This document shows positions 40,056-50,625 of a stretch of DNA of 64,000 bases, one piece after another. The DNA is taken from the NCBI GenBank assembly GCA_963767735.1, contig CAVYES010000004.1:416001-480000 (forward strand). Direction: 5' to 3'. Source of the stretch: Candidatus Bathyarchaeota archaeon. Lineage in GTDB: Archaea; Thermoproteota; Bathyarchaeia; Bathyarchaeales; Bathycorpusculaceae. Position 1 is the first letter of the stretch. Every line of letters begins with the position of its first letter. The position numbers and the translations under genes are program-made. The notes beneath the pieces are model-generated. The model had not been told where the DNA came from and made no database searches. It saw nothing but the letters and a program-made list of their open reading frames with translations.

Positions 40056-40223
40056 CTTTTCCCAAAATTTCGTCTTCTCAGATGTTTAGGAATCATTTTT
40101 TTTGAAACGCCTCAATGTGAATCTTTGATATTTGGGCGGATGCTCGGCGTTCGTTATGTGTTTTGCAGCTTAGTTTCTCAACTTGCCATTAACTTAGGTT
40201 GAAACAAAGCTTATATAGCGAGT

Positions 40224-40238
40224 TGGATAATCCATCCA
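40224..40238. promoter_or_regulatory. Palindromic box TGGATAATCCATCCA in btu promoter
   Basis: 12/14 match, 6 nt downstream of TTATATA (40211-40217). Confidence 0.8.
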
Positions 40239-40263
40239 CAGGGAAAGGGGGATTTAAGGAAAG

Positions 40264-41256
40264 ATGAAAAATAAATATGTTATTTATATTGCCGCCATTA
40301 TAACAATCGCTGCAATTCTTTCTTCCGCTTTAATTTACGTTAATTATTCGGGACAGAATAGCACCCTGAAATCTCAAAATTCCAATATCTCATTGGTAGA
40401 TGATGAAGGTTACGTAACCACTTTAACCTCAGTTCCTCAGAGGATTGTTTCGCTGGCGCCGAGTTGTACGCAGATCTTGTTTGCTATAGGTGTGGGCGAC
40501 AAGGTTGTTGGCGTTACAACCTATGATGATTACCCGTACAATTTTTCGGCGTGGGCTGCAGCTGGCAACATTACGATTGATGGAGGCTATGGGACTCCCA
40601 ACATGGAAGCTATCGCTTCGCTTCGTCCCGATTTAATCCTGACCGACAACATCAACGATGGTGTCGCTCTTTCAAGCATGAGATCTTTAGGATACAAAGT
40701 TTTAGTGCTCAATCCAACAACCATCACAGGCATTTACCAAGACATTTCCTTAGTTGGCAGAGCGACAGGCGCTGAAACTCAGGCAACGGCAGTGATTGAA
40801 AACATAACCAACTCAATCAACGCGATAACCACGAAAATTGCAGACGCAAACATCACAACTCCACTGAAAGTTTACTACGAAGTCTGGGGACCTCCACAAG
40901 GCGCATTTATGAGTTCAGGCTCAACAACTTGGATAAACGATGTTATCAGCAAGGCTGGAGGCGTTAACATTTTTGCCAACGAAACCCAAGAATACCCAAC
41001 TGTTTCCTCTGAAACTATCGTGGCGCTTAACCCCGATGCAATATTCTTACCTACAGAAATGGGAATCTCCCCGTTCTACGGTAGCGTTGCTCAAGTCGAG
41101 TCAACACCAGGATGGAACACAATCAGTGCAGTGCAAAACAACAGAGTTTACGTAATCGATGGAGATTTGTTTGCTGAAGCCGGTCCAAGAGTAGCCGACT
41201 GCGTCTATGCTGTCGCCGCAGACTTGTACCCGCAGCTTTTTAATTCCACTTCCTAA
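40264..41256 (+). CDS. btuF: Corrinoid ABC transporter substrate-binding protein
   Basis: PQRIVSLAPS.TQILFAIG..DKVVGVT.YDDYP, E.I..L.PD, GPR; operon with cbiZ. Confidence 0.85.
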   Translation: MKNKYVIYIAAIITIAAILSSALIYVNYSGQNSTLKSQNSNISLVDDEGYVTTLTSVPQRIVSLAPSCTQILFAIGVGDKVVGVTTYDDYPYNFSAWAAAGNITIDGGYGTPNMEAIASLRPDLILTDNINDGVALSSMRSLGYKVLVLNPTTITGIYQDISLVGRATGAETQATAVIENITNSINAITTKIADANITTPLKVYYEVWGPPQGAFMSSGSTTWINDVISKAGGVNIFANETQEYPTVSSETIVALNPDAIFLPTEMGISPFYGSVAQVESTPGWNTISAVQNNRVYVIDGDLFAEAGPRVADCVYAVAADLYPQLFNSTS

Positions 41257-41276
41257 TTTTTTGTTTGTGAAACAAA

Positions 41277-42356
41277 ATGAGCACAGACAAACTTGAAGGC
41301 ACATACATTAAACGTTCTTCACGTTGGAAACTAATCTTAGTCACACTAATAGTTGCTCTTGTTGTAACCATAATTGTATCACTCAATATTGGTTACGCTT
41401 CCATTTCCTTTTCACAAATCTTAGACATTTTAGGCAAACAAATTCCGTTTTTAAACGGCTCAATCAATTCAGCTTCAATATCGCCAGCCAGCCAAGCAAT
41501 AATTATTCAAATCCGACTTCCACGTATACTCGCAGCAGCTCTAGTTGGCGCGGGATTAGCCGCGGCAGGTGTAATTTACCAAGGCGTCTTTAGAAATCCC
41601 ATGGCTGATTCATACTTGTTGGGAGCATCTGCAGGTGCATCGGTAGGTTACACCGTTGCCGTCCTGTACGTCACCTCAGCCCTAACGGTCGTAGGCTTGG
41701 GAACGGCGCAAGCTTTCGCGTTCATTTTTGCTTTATTGACTGTATTTTTGGTCTTGCTCATTTCAAGAGTTGGAACCAAAATTCCGACAACAACTTTACT
41801 GCTTTCCGGCATAGTTGTAAACATTTTTCTGCTGGCTATTGAAACGCTGATGGAGCTTCGTTCTGGCCAAGCCCTCACGGGAATAGTAGCGTGGCTAGCG
41901 GGCGGATTCTCTGATATCGTATGGTTACAGGTGTGGACAATAATGCCTTTCGTTTTTATAGGCATCGCCGTCACCTATTTCTTTACACGTGATTTAAACA
42001 TGCTCTCTATGGGCGATGACACAGCACAGCATTTAGGGGTAAATACGGAAAGAGTACGGATATTTCTACTTGCTATAGCTTCCCTGATAACAGCAGCAGC
42101 AGTAGCCATCAGCGGAGTAATAGGCTTCGTGGGTTTGATAATTCCTCACATGACCCGACTGGTAATTGGACCTGACCACAGGATTCTCCTGCCTGCCTCC
42201 GCGATAACTGGAGCCATGTTTTTAGTGATTTGTGATGCAGTTGCACGGGTCGCAACAGGTGCTGCTGAGCTACCAGTAGGAGTAATAACTGCCCTTGTGG
42301 GCACGCCTTTCTTCATATATCTGCTTAGAAGAAGAAAAACGAGCTATTCGCTTTGA
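41277..42356 (+). CDS. btuC: FecCD/BtuC permease
   Basis: IRLPR, Q.VFRNPMA..YLLG.SAGA, G.IGFVGLIIPH, ELPVG. Confidence 0.88.
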   Translation: MSTDKLEGTYIKRSSRWKLILVTLIVALVVTIIVSLNIGYASISFSQILDILGKQIPFLNGSINSASISPASQAIIIQIRLPRILAAALVGAGLAAAGVIYQGVFRNPMADSYLLGASAGASVGYTVAVLYVTSALTVVGLGTAQAFAFIFALLTVFLVLLISRVGTKIPTTTLLLSGIVVNIFLLAIETLMELRSGQALTGIVAWLAGGFSDIVWLQVWTIMPFVFIGIAVTYFFTRDLNMLSMGDDTAQHLGVNTERVRIFLLAIASLITAAAVAISGVIGFVGLIIPHMTRLVIGPDHRILLPASAITGAMFLVICDAVARVATGAAELPVGVITALVGTPFFIYLLRRRKTSYSL

Positions 42357-42370
42357 GGTGACTGCGGTAC

Positions 42371-43726
42371 ATGGTTTTGTTAAATGTTGACGGCGTCGAA
42401 TGCTGCTACGGCTCAATCAAAATCTTGGAGAACGTAAATATATCGGTGAAGGAAGGTGACTTCGTGGGGATCATCGGGCCAAACGGATCAGGAAAAAGCA
42501 CGCTTCTTAAAAGCATAAGCAGGACACTCAAACCCCACAAGGGCGCCATTCTGCTGGACAATAAGGACATTTACTCCATCAAAAGCGTGGATTTGGCAAA
42601 GCAAATGGCCGTAGTTCCACAGGATAACAGCATCAGCTTCAGCTTTACAGCCTTAGAGGTTGTTTTGATGGGGCGCAGTCCACATATGTCAAGGTTCCAG
42701 ATGGAAACTGAGAATGATATGGCTATTGCACGAAAGGCAATGGATTTGACGAATACGTGGCATCTTGCCACACGATTCGTAAACGAGTTAAGCGGAGGCG
42801 AAAGGCAACGGGTAATTATCGCACGTGCGTTAGCACAGAAACCTAAAATTTTGCTTCTGGATGAACCGCTCACGTATCTGGACATTATCAATCAGCTGGA
42901 AATTATGGATCTGGTGAAGTCGCTTTGCGTAAAAGAAGGCATTATTGTTATGGCTGCTATTCACGACCTTAATTTGGCGGCCCGCTACTGCAATTCTGCC
43001 ATACTGCTGAACAAAGGGAAGATTTTTTCTGCTGGACGCATAGATGAAGTTTTAACCAGTGAAAACATCAAAAGCGTGTTCAGAGTAGACGCTATAGTCA
43101 AAAAGAATCTCGTCACAAACTCTCTCTACATTATTCCATTGTCACCTCCAAAATCTTCACCGCTAAAAAACTGCGCAATTCATTTGATTTGCGGGGCTGG
43201 CACGGGAACCGCACTCATGAAGATTCTCTTGGAAGAAGGCTACAGCGTCTCGGCGGGGGTGCTAAACGTGTTAGACACTGATTTTGAGACTGCGCAATTT
43301 CTGAATATACCCGTTGCAAGCGAAGCACCATTTTCATCCACAACCGAGAAGACTCGGAAAGACAACACAGCCATGATCAGCAAAGCGAGCACCGTTGTGG
43401 TGACTTCAGTCCCGTTCGGTCATGGGAACTTGCAGAATTTGGAAGCCGCGAAAGAAGCCCTCATGAGAGGAATTCCAGTTTTCGTTATTGACGAGGTGCC
43501 TATTGAAAGCAGAGATTTCACTAAGGGACAAGCGACAGCATTGTTTGAAAGTTTAAAAAGCATGGGGGCGGTTTTCGTTAAGAACCAAGAAGAGCTTTTG
43601 CACACGCTTAATGTGTCTGAGGAAAAGTTGAAAATGGCAAAGAATGTGCCGTCGAGCATTGCTGATCACTTGAAAGCTGCGCGAGTTTCTCAGGAAAGCC
43701 AGATAAGTGATAAAAGCGAAACTTGA
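42371..43726 (+). CDS. btuD: ABC ATPase with ~190-aa C-terminal extension
   Basis: GPNGSGKS, LSGGERQR, LLLDEP, HDLN; extra domain IHLICGAGTG..GVLN..DTD..PFS. Confidence 0.88.
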   Translation: MVLLNVDGVECCYGSIKILENVNISVKEGDFVGIIGPNGSGKSTLLKSISRTLKPHKGAILLDNKDIYSIKSVDLAKQMAVVPQDNSISFSFTALEVVLMGRSPHMSRFQMETENDMAIARKAMDLTNTWHLATRFVNELSGGERQRVIIARALAQKPKILLLDEPLTYLDIINQLEIMDLVKSLCVKEGIIVMAAIHDLNLAARYCNSAILLNKGKIFSAGRIDEVLTSENIKSVFRVDAIVKKNLVTNSLYIIPLSPPKSSPLKNCAIHLICGAGTGTALMKILLEEGYSVSAGVLNVLDTDFETAQFLNIPVASEAPFSSTTEKTRKDNTAMISKASTVVVTSVPFGHGNLQNLEAAKEALMRGIPVFVIDEVPIESRDFTKGQATALFESLKSMGAVFVKNQEELLHTLNVSEEKLKMAKNVPSSIADHLKAARVSQESQISDKSET

Positions 43727-43761
43727 AAAATAAGTTGACTTGATCATCGGCGGCGGGGAAT

Positions 43762-44523
43762 ATGAAGGAAAATGTCACTAAATATAAAGAAAACAAGTTG
43801 GACCTCGAATTAAAAGGAATAGATGCACGAGTCATTTACCATCAATATGACGGTGTTGAGCTTAACACCGCGCTTGTCTCGTTTGGTGAAAAACGTAAAG
43901 TACTTTCAACGGTAGACGGGCTTAAACAAGTCAAATTTGTCGCGAACACGTATGTTCCGCTGGTCTTGGCAAACAGCACCATGACGATAAAAAAACATCA
44001 GAAGTTTATGCGACGATTACCTTACAATTTAGGAATCAACCCGAAAGACGTTACTTTCATTGCCACTGCAGTGAACATGGAAAAAATGGCTATCTGCGAG
44101 AAGTCTTATCAAGATTTCAAGGTATGCTGCCTCGCCACTGGAGGGGCCAAGGACAACGCTTTGAGAATGGGCGTGGACGTTGGGAACTGGGTTGAGAAAA
44201 AAACATGTTTTCAATCTGCATCGGGCACAATAAATATAATTATTCTGACAAATGTCGTTTTAACTGTCGGCGCCATGGCTCGAGCTATCATGACAGCTAC
44301 AGAAGCTAAGACGGCTGCCCTTGAAGATAGAGGTGTGAAAAGCACAGCGTCTCCTCAACTGCAAGCAACCGGCACAGGAACTGACAGCATGATTGTCGTT
44401 TCCGGAGTAGACACTGATACGGTAATCCGACATACAGGGGGTCACACCAAAATGGGTGAATTAATAGCTGTCTCAACCAAAATAGCCGTCAGCGAAGCGC
44501 TAAAGAACCATGATGGCCCCTAA
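43762..44523 (+). CDS. cbiZ: Adenosylcobinamide amidohydrolase
   Basis: TAV.M, T.G...NA, GTINI, TATEAK, ATGTGTD, GGHTKMGELI. Confidence 0.9.
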   Translation: MKENVTKYKENKLDLELKGIDARVIYHQYDGVELNTALVSFGEKRKVLSTVDGLKQVKFVANTYVPLVLANSTMTIKKHQKFMRRLPYNLGINPKDVTFIATAVNMEKMAICEKSYQDFKVCCLATGGAKDNALRMGVDVGNWVEKKTCFQSASGTINIIILTNVVLTVGAMARAIMTATEAKTAALEDRGVKSTASPQLQATGTGTDSMIVVSGVDTDTVIRHTGGHTKMGELIAVSTKIAVSEALKNHDGP

Positions 44524-44568
44524 GTAGGTTAAAGAAAGAACAGACGAAAACGCAAGAGGACTAAAGCC

Positions 44569-45282
44569 TTGGCAAAACTCTACATAGTCGGCGCGGGTCC
44601 CGGATCGCCAGATTACGTTACCCCAGCGGCTAGAAAAGCAGTGCAGGAAGCGCAAATGGTGATAGGCGCGGATTGTGTTCTGGATCTTTTTCGAGAAGAC
44701 ATCAAAGGCCAAACTTTGACGTTAACGTGTGAAAACATATACGAGGCATTAAAATGCGCTTTGGATTCAGTCGAAAGCGGAAAAACCGTGGCGGTTATTT
44801 CTACTGGTGACCCAGGATTCTCGGGGATGCTCGGTTCTGTTTTGCGGAGGCCTTTAGGGAAAAGCGTTGAAGTTAATGTCGTGCCAGGAATAAGTTCTAT
44901 GCTCGCCTGCGCGGCTAAACTTCGCATGCCGTGGGATGATGCTGTTCTGATAACTTTTCATAAGGGGGCAACCATGGAGAGGAAGCGTGAGTTTGAAGAT
45001 GCTGTTAAAGCTGGGAAAACAGTTATGCTCCTTCCCGACCCAGCTGCTTTTACTCCCAGCGAAATTTCAGAATATCTCCTCAAAGCCGGCGTGAACAAAG
45101 AGACCAGCGTCGCAGTCTGTGAGAATTTAACCTTAGCTAATGAGAAAATAGTTGAAACAACATTAGAGGGAGCAATAAATTGCAGTTTCGATCCCACATG
45201 TGTTGTGGTAATTAAAGGTGACCTGAAAAAGTTATCACGGAAGTCGCTCGTGGTGCCATTTGTCGAAAATAAAGAAGAATGA
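44569..45282 (+). CDS. cbiE: Cobalt-precorrin-7 C5-methyltransferase CbiE
   Basis: IVGAGPG.PDYVT, STGDPGFSG, VPGISS, W.D...TFH, VCENLT..NE. Confidence 0.88.
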   Translation: MAKLYIVGAGPGSPDYVTPAARKAVQEAQMVIGADCVLDLFREDIKGQTLTLTCENIYEALKCALDSVESGKTVAVISTGDPGFSGMLGSVLRRPLGKSVEVNVVPGISSMLACAAKLRMPWDDAVLITFHKGATMERKREFEDAVKAGKTVMLLPDPAAFTPSEISEYLLKAGVNKETSVAVCENLTLANEKIVETTLEGAINCSFDPTCVVVIKGDLKKLSRKSLVVPFVENKEE

Positions 45283-45295
45283 TGCAGCAAGATTG

Positions 45296-46173
45296 GTGGA
45301 GCAATCACTCGTTTTGCCTGATGGGCGACGTCTTGGGTATCTCATTGTTGGCGAGGGCAAACCTGTCGTGTATTTCCACGGCACTGCCAGTAGCCGTTTA
45401 GAAGTTAGGCTCCTGACCGAGCTGGCTCACAGGGCAAAGTTGCAGATAATCAGAGCATAGATCGCCCAGGCTACGGCTTATCAACTTTTTTGCCCCCGAA
45501 AAGCCTTTGTGATTTTGCATGGGACGTTAATTTCTTGGTTGACCATTTAGGTATCGAACGATTTGGGGTTATCGGGTGGTCCGGAGGCGGCGCCTTCGCA
45601 CTTGCTTACGCGGCGCGTTTTCCCGAACGCATAACTCAAGCTTTGATTGTTGGCGCGCCTGCCCTGCCTTTTGACGTATCAACCGCACATAACATGCCGT
45701 TTGCTCGTTACGTCATGAAACTGCCATTTCTGGGTATGTTGGCTTTGCAGAGAATGCAGGCTCAAGCGTTAAAGGCCAACGGTGATATCGGGGCTTTTTT
45801 AGCGTCGGGCGAAGGAAGAAGAATGCTTAAAGGGTTGCCTAAAGAAGACGCAAAATTTTTTTCCAGTAAGGAGTGGGCTGATTTGATGTGTGGGTCTATG
45901 GCTGAAGCTTTTCGTCAAGGCTACATAGGTGTTAAAACGGTGTTTTTGGAGCATCAGCTTTTCATGAAGCCTTGGCCTGTTTCCTTTTCAAAAATTCCTG
46001 CGGGAAAAGTTTTCGTCTGGCAAGGCGCCCAGGACAAAACCTGTAGGGTGGATAACGCCTACCGAATTGCACGCGTTGTTCCTGGGGCGCGGTTGGAAAT
46101 TTTTGCTGACCGAGGGCATTGCGTCATGTTTGATAACTTCGATAAATTAAGTGAAGTTTTTCGTTCCTGCTAA
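45296..46173 (+). CDS. Alpha/beta hydrolase (2-nt insertion near 45453)
   Basis: LPDGRRLGY, YFHG, then DRPGYGLS in a shifted frame, GWSGGG nucleophile, WQG..D, GH. Confidence 0.85.
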
Positions 46174-46265
46174 TTATGTTGATTTCTTGTTTAAAACAGG
46201 TTCCAAAAATAACCCGCGGGAAATTCAAGTGAAAAAGGATGGTTTAAATGGCTAATTCGGTAATT

Positions 46266-46280
46266 CGAATAATCTATCCA
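46266..46280. promoter_or_regulatory. Palindromic box CGAATAATCTATCCA in radical-SAM promoter
   Basis: 11/14 match, between TTTAAAT (46243-46249) and ATG 46295. Confidence 0.65.
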
Positions 46281-46294
46281 ACCCAAAAGAGGGC

Positions 46295-47397
46295 ATGAAA
46301 AACGCTTTCGAATAAACCAACCAGCGAGAAACACGAGAACAGATTAGACCATTTTATTTGGTCTTGCACAAGAGCGTTCCCAGTGAGGCACGCTTATTCA
46401 CTCGGCGACGGGAAACCATTGCCTGGGGAACTCACCACTAAAGAAGCTAAATTGCTCATCGACAAAGCAGCAGATTTCGGCGCTGACAACATGTTCATTA
46501 CAGGTGCAGGTTGGACTGGGGAACCCTTGATGCGGAAAGACTTCTTGGAAATAATTCGTTACACTGCAGAGTTCAATTTGGCTCCCTACGTGAAGGTTAC
46601 GGGTTGGCATTTCGACGGCGCGGTCGCTAAAGAACTTGCTTCGGGGAATTGTAAGGCAATTATCAGTCTTGCCGGCCTCAAAGAGGTCGACGGCTTTCTC
46701 CGCGGGAAGGGCGCATTCGAAGACAGCATTACCGCTGCCCGACTCTGTAAGGAATATGGGGTGCCCTTTGCGATTAGTGTGATAAACACAAAATACGTTG
46801 CAGACCAAGTTAGCGATTTAGTGAAGCTTTCATTGGATCTATGCGCAAAAGGCTTCCATTTAGCATCTCTTATTCCACAGCCAATTTGCGTAGAAGAACA
46901 ACTTGCCAAGTTGGGAGCCGATGGAACCCACTCCCGAAGCCCGCGAGAAACAACTAAATGAAATTTACGAATTGAACAAGACGGTGCGCGACAAAATCTT
47001 AATTGTACCCTACGAAATGTTCAACAACCGCGTTTTGAAAACTAAAGAACCCGCTCGCGAACTCCATAGCATGTGCAGCCTCTGCGATAACCTGACAAAA
47101 TATGAATGGCTCGAAATACTTGATGACGGAAAAGCATACGGCTGCGCCCCGCTAAATCTAGTCTTTGGAGACATTAGAAAAGACAGCGTCAAAGAAATCA
47201 TGGATCGAATGCGCACCTCAGAAGCAATTGAAAAGTTGGCTGACCGCAAAAACCTTAAAGGAAAATGCGGGATATGCGAATTCAAAAATATCTGCGGCGG
47301 CTGCCGTGCAAGAGCCTACATCTACTCAAAAGACCCGCTTAACCAAGATCCAGCTTGCGCTTATCGCCCCAAAAACCAAAAAACAAAACAAACCTAA
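46295..47397 (+). CDS. Radical SAM/SPASM-fold protein lacking CX3CX2C (two +1 homopolymer indels near 46300 and 46914)
   Basis: FIWSCTRAFPVRHAY..ELTTKEA, GEPLMR.D, RGKGAF; SPASM DG...GC, CGICEFKNICGGCRARAY, DPAC. Confidence 0.8.
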
Positions 47398-48171
47398 CAA
47401 ACCGCTTGTTTGTTTCCGACAATTATGATGTTTGCGCTTTCAAGATCCCGAAACTCCGCAAACTCAAAATTCCCATAAGTTCTCAAATTCTTAAACCCCG
47501 CTTTCATCATCAAAGAAGAAAGCTTTTTCGGAAATTGGGTTATAATCTACAGAATTAACTTCAAATTTTGGAAGCCCATCACTTTCAATGTATGAGACAA
47601 CGTTGAAGGTCACTTTTGAGGGATAAGAATCTAAAACGTAAAAGAACAGTTTCAAATCTCCGTTCGGTTCCTTATGATGGTGAACTGGAAAAATCTTCGT
47701 CTTATCCCTGATTAATTTGGGTATGTTTCTTATTTGAACTATCACCACGCCCTCCTCGTTCAAGACGTGATAAATGCTTTCCAAAGCCGATGATACACCT
47801 TGCTTTTCCAGTTCATGGGTTAAAGAGTTGCCAACGCAGACGACGCAGTCAAATTTCCGATTGAACGCCTCCGTTAGTTTTTTAAAATCCGCCTGAACAA
47901 AATTTACCTCAACCCCTAAAGCAACTGCATTTATCTTTGCGCACTGTACCATTTCAGAACTTAAATCGCAACCTTCAGCATCGAAGCCTAACTGTGAAAA
48001 AGCTATCACGTGCTTCCCAGTTCCACAGGCGCAGTCAAGAATAGATTTCACCCTGCTTTCGTCAAAAATCTTTTTGAAAAAGGGAATAATCTTCTGATAC
48101 CGCTCATTGGAAAGCATTACATCATATTTTGACGCAAACGCTTCATAAAACTGCGGTGAATTATTGTTCAG
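47394..48171 (-). CDS. Class I SAM methyltransferase, glycine/sarcosine-MT-like (indel near 47525; probable CTG start)
   Basis: FYEAFASKYD upstream of the track ATG, LDCACGTG, FDCVVCVGNSL.H; shifted tail LMMKAGF...YG.F ending at 47394. Confidence 0.8.
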
Positions 48172-48888
48172 GGTTATTCTTCCTATTCTTATTCAAAGGC
48201 GTTAGCTTGTACGAGAAATAGGTCCAGCCAGCCCTGTCGTTTTTCAATAATTGTTTTCTTCTAAATCCGTGTTTTCTGATCAGATGCTTCAAATAAGCGA
48301 TGTCTCCGGAGGTTCCGAAGGCGATCAGCATTCTTCCCTCAGGATTCAAGTATTCTTTTGCCTGCTTAAAGAACCGTTGCAGAGACGCATAATCCTTGTC
48401 CGCACTGCTTCTTTCCCATGCATCTCTTGGTTCAGACCACCTGAATGGCGGGTCAAAAAGTATTAAGTCAAACTTTCCATGAACATTCCCAAACAAATCG
48501 CTTTCGAAGCCTTCACTTGAGAACATAATTTGTTTAGTTTAACGTTCCTCTCTGAAAGCTTTACGGCAAAAGGGTTCACGTCAACTGCGGTCACGCTAGT
48601 TGATTTGGAAGCTGCGAGAATCGCTTGTACTCCGCTTCCAGTGCCCATATCCAAAACCCTGTCTGTTTCCTTAACTTCTTTCAAAACTGATTTTGCCAGC
48701 AGATTATGATCAAATGGAACGGGAGCAAAAACGTCTCTTGACACAAGGATTTTCCTGCCAGCAAAATTAATGGATGTACTCTGTTTTCCGTTTAAATGCA
48801 TTTCGTAAACTCTGTTTTGCCAATCAAGCCTTCTAGCAGCTTCGACTTCTGACATCATAGGTTTGTGTACCATAATGCTGGTTAACAT
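48161..48888 (-). CDS. HemK/PrmC-related methyltransferase (1-nt deletion near 48510)
   Basis: VFAP, VLDMGTGSG, AVDVNP, then SDLF..V.GKFDLILFDPPF in the second frame. Confidence 0.85.
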
Positions 48889-48979
48889 TGTTTAGCTTTT
48901 AACATTTTCCTGTTTAGGGCATATACCAAGCAACACCAGCATCGCCTGCATACTCAAATATAAAAACGCAAGCTTCAAT

Positions 48980-49777
48980 TCAAACCCTGTTATAAGGGTA
49001 AATCCGATTTTTCTCAAGGTAAGACAGCGACTGCTTTGTTTTCTCTAATGTGACTTGTTCCAGAACGATTTCCGGGCTCATTTGATGTTTTTCAATAACT
49101 TTTGTGAACTCTTGCCAGTCAATTTTGCCTTGACCAACTTCTAAATGCTCGTCTTTTTCTCCACAGTTATCGCTTATGTGCACATAAGACATCTTGTCGC
49201 CAAGTGCATCAGCCCATTCACGAAAGGGCATTTTAGAGTAAACATTCAAGTGACCGACATCAACGCAAACCTTTAGTCTGGGTGAACTGAGTTCGTCGAG
49301 TAGTTCTTTGAACATTTCGGGGGTCGGTTCCCAAGTATTTTCCAAAAGGATCGTAACATCGTATTTCTCAAGAACTTCCTTCCAGAAAACAAGGTTTCTT
49401 TCCACCCAGTTTTTCCTGAAATAATTGTCCTTCACAAGTGGATTGAAGTTCCCATGGAAAACGACTTGAGTTGCCTTCAGCGTCTTAGCCGCTTTCAAGC
49501 TGTCTAAAACCCGTTCTTTCGAGGATTCTGCTATTTTCTTGTCGCTGCTGTGGACAAGAACGTCTTGGAATACGCCGTGGAATGAGATTTTTCCTTTGAA
49601 CGCAAAAAGTCTCGCCTTATGCTCACGAAGAATTTTGTGCCAATCGGTATCATATACGTTTGCATAAGCAAAAGTCGCGATTTCCAAGTTGAACTTGTTG
49701 TCGTCTGCGAAATCAACGAAATCTGAAAAGGTATCGTGGACTAAAGGTTGCACGTAGATCTTAGACATAAGCGCCAC
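48980..49777 (-). CDS. Sugar phosphate isomerase/epimerase (AP endonuclease 2 TIM barrel)
   Basis: H..F.D, LLEN, DVGH, HISDN.G..DEHL..G.G.ID, LE. Confidence 0.88.
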   Translation of the reverse strand: MALMSKIYVQPLVHDTFSDFVDFADDNKFNLEIATFAYANVYDTDWHKILREHKARLFAFKGKISFHGVFQDVLVHSSDKKIAESSKERVLDSLKAAKTLKATQVVFHGNFNPLVKDNYFRKNWVERNLVFWKEVLEKYDVTILLENTWEPTPEMFKELLDELSSPRLKVCVDVGHLNVYSKMPFREWADALGDKMSYVHISDNCGEKDEHLEVGQGKIDWQEFTKVIEKHQMSPEIVLEQVTLEKTKQSLSYLEKNRIYPYNRV

Positions 49778-49863
49778 TTTCCATAATTCATCATCAGAGC
49801 TCTATCAAAGTTTTCGTTATTCTCCCTTCCGTTTATTGATTTGCTTCAGGCGTTAATTTTCAG

Positions 49864-50625
49864 TTATGATGCCATTTTCTCAAGTGACCTCAACGCCCAC
49901 AGGAACACGAGGATTGCAAGTACGATGATGACTACAAATCCCTCTAAAATTCCGATGCTGTGAAAGTTCCCTGCAAATAATGCGCGTGCAGCGTTAACTG
50001 AGTACGAGAATGGGTTAATCTTAGCTAGGTCCTGAAGCCACAGAGGTGCAAACGCGAGGGGAAGGATGATGCCTGAAAGCAGAGAAAGAGGCAGCGTTAT
50101 TGTATTCAAGGTGGGGGCGAGGGAGTCTTCAATTTTGAAGATAAGAGCGAAACCGTATGAAATAGATGCCATTGTAATTCCGATTAAAGCGTACAGCAGC
50201 AGAGAAAGCGAAAACCCGTAGATGTTTACGCTTAAACCAAACGGAATAGCAACCAATGTAATTAAAACGCATTGAAGCAGAAGAACAACTGCGTCTCTCA
50301 GAACCCTGCCTAAAAGAATCGCTGGGCGATTCACTGGGCTAACTAAAAAGCGTTCTATAACTCCAGATCGGATATCGTCAATAAGTGAGAACCCAACAAA
50401 CGCCGTGCCGAATAGGGCTTGCAGAACCAAAAGTCCAGGAATGAAAACGTTAACCGTTATTCCCTGGGAAAAACCGGGAACGGCGCCTAGACCTTTGAGA
50501 AGCGGCATAAAGAGAAGCAGATACATGAGTGGCTGGAACATGCTTGCAAAAACGAAAACAGGGCTTCGGAGTGTATGCTGCATGTTACGAATGAACATCA
50601 ACTTTGTGTCATGCAACATTTTCAT
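49864..50625 (-). CDS. ABC-2 exporter permease
   Basis: QP..YL.LF, PG, D..SG..ERFLVSP, LSG..LP, INPF.Y.V.A.R. Confidence 0.92.
   Translation of the reverse strand: MKMLHDTKLMFIRNMQHTLRSPVFVFASMFQPLMYLLLFMPLLKGLGAVPGFSQGITVNVFIPGLLVLQALFGTAFVGFSLIDDIRSGVIERFLVSPVNRPAILLGRVLRDAVVLLLQCVLITLVAIPFGLSVNIYGFSLSLLLYALIGITMASISYGFALIFKIEDSLAPTLNTITLPLSLLSGIILPLAFAPLWLQDLAKINPFSYSVNAARALFAGNFHSIGILEGFVVIIVLAILVFLWALRSLEKMAS

Noticed and set aside
40056-40263. Cobalamin riboswitch upstream of btuF
   Set aside because: TATA lies only about 50 nt before the start and no conserved riboswitch core was seen.
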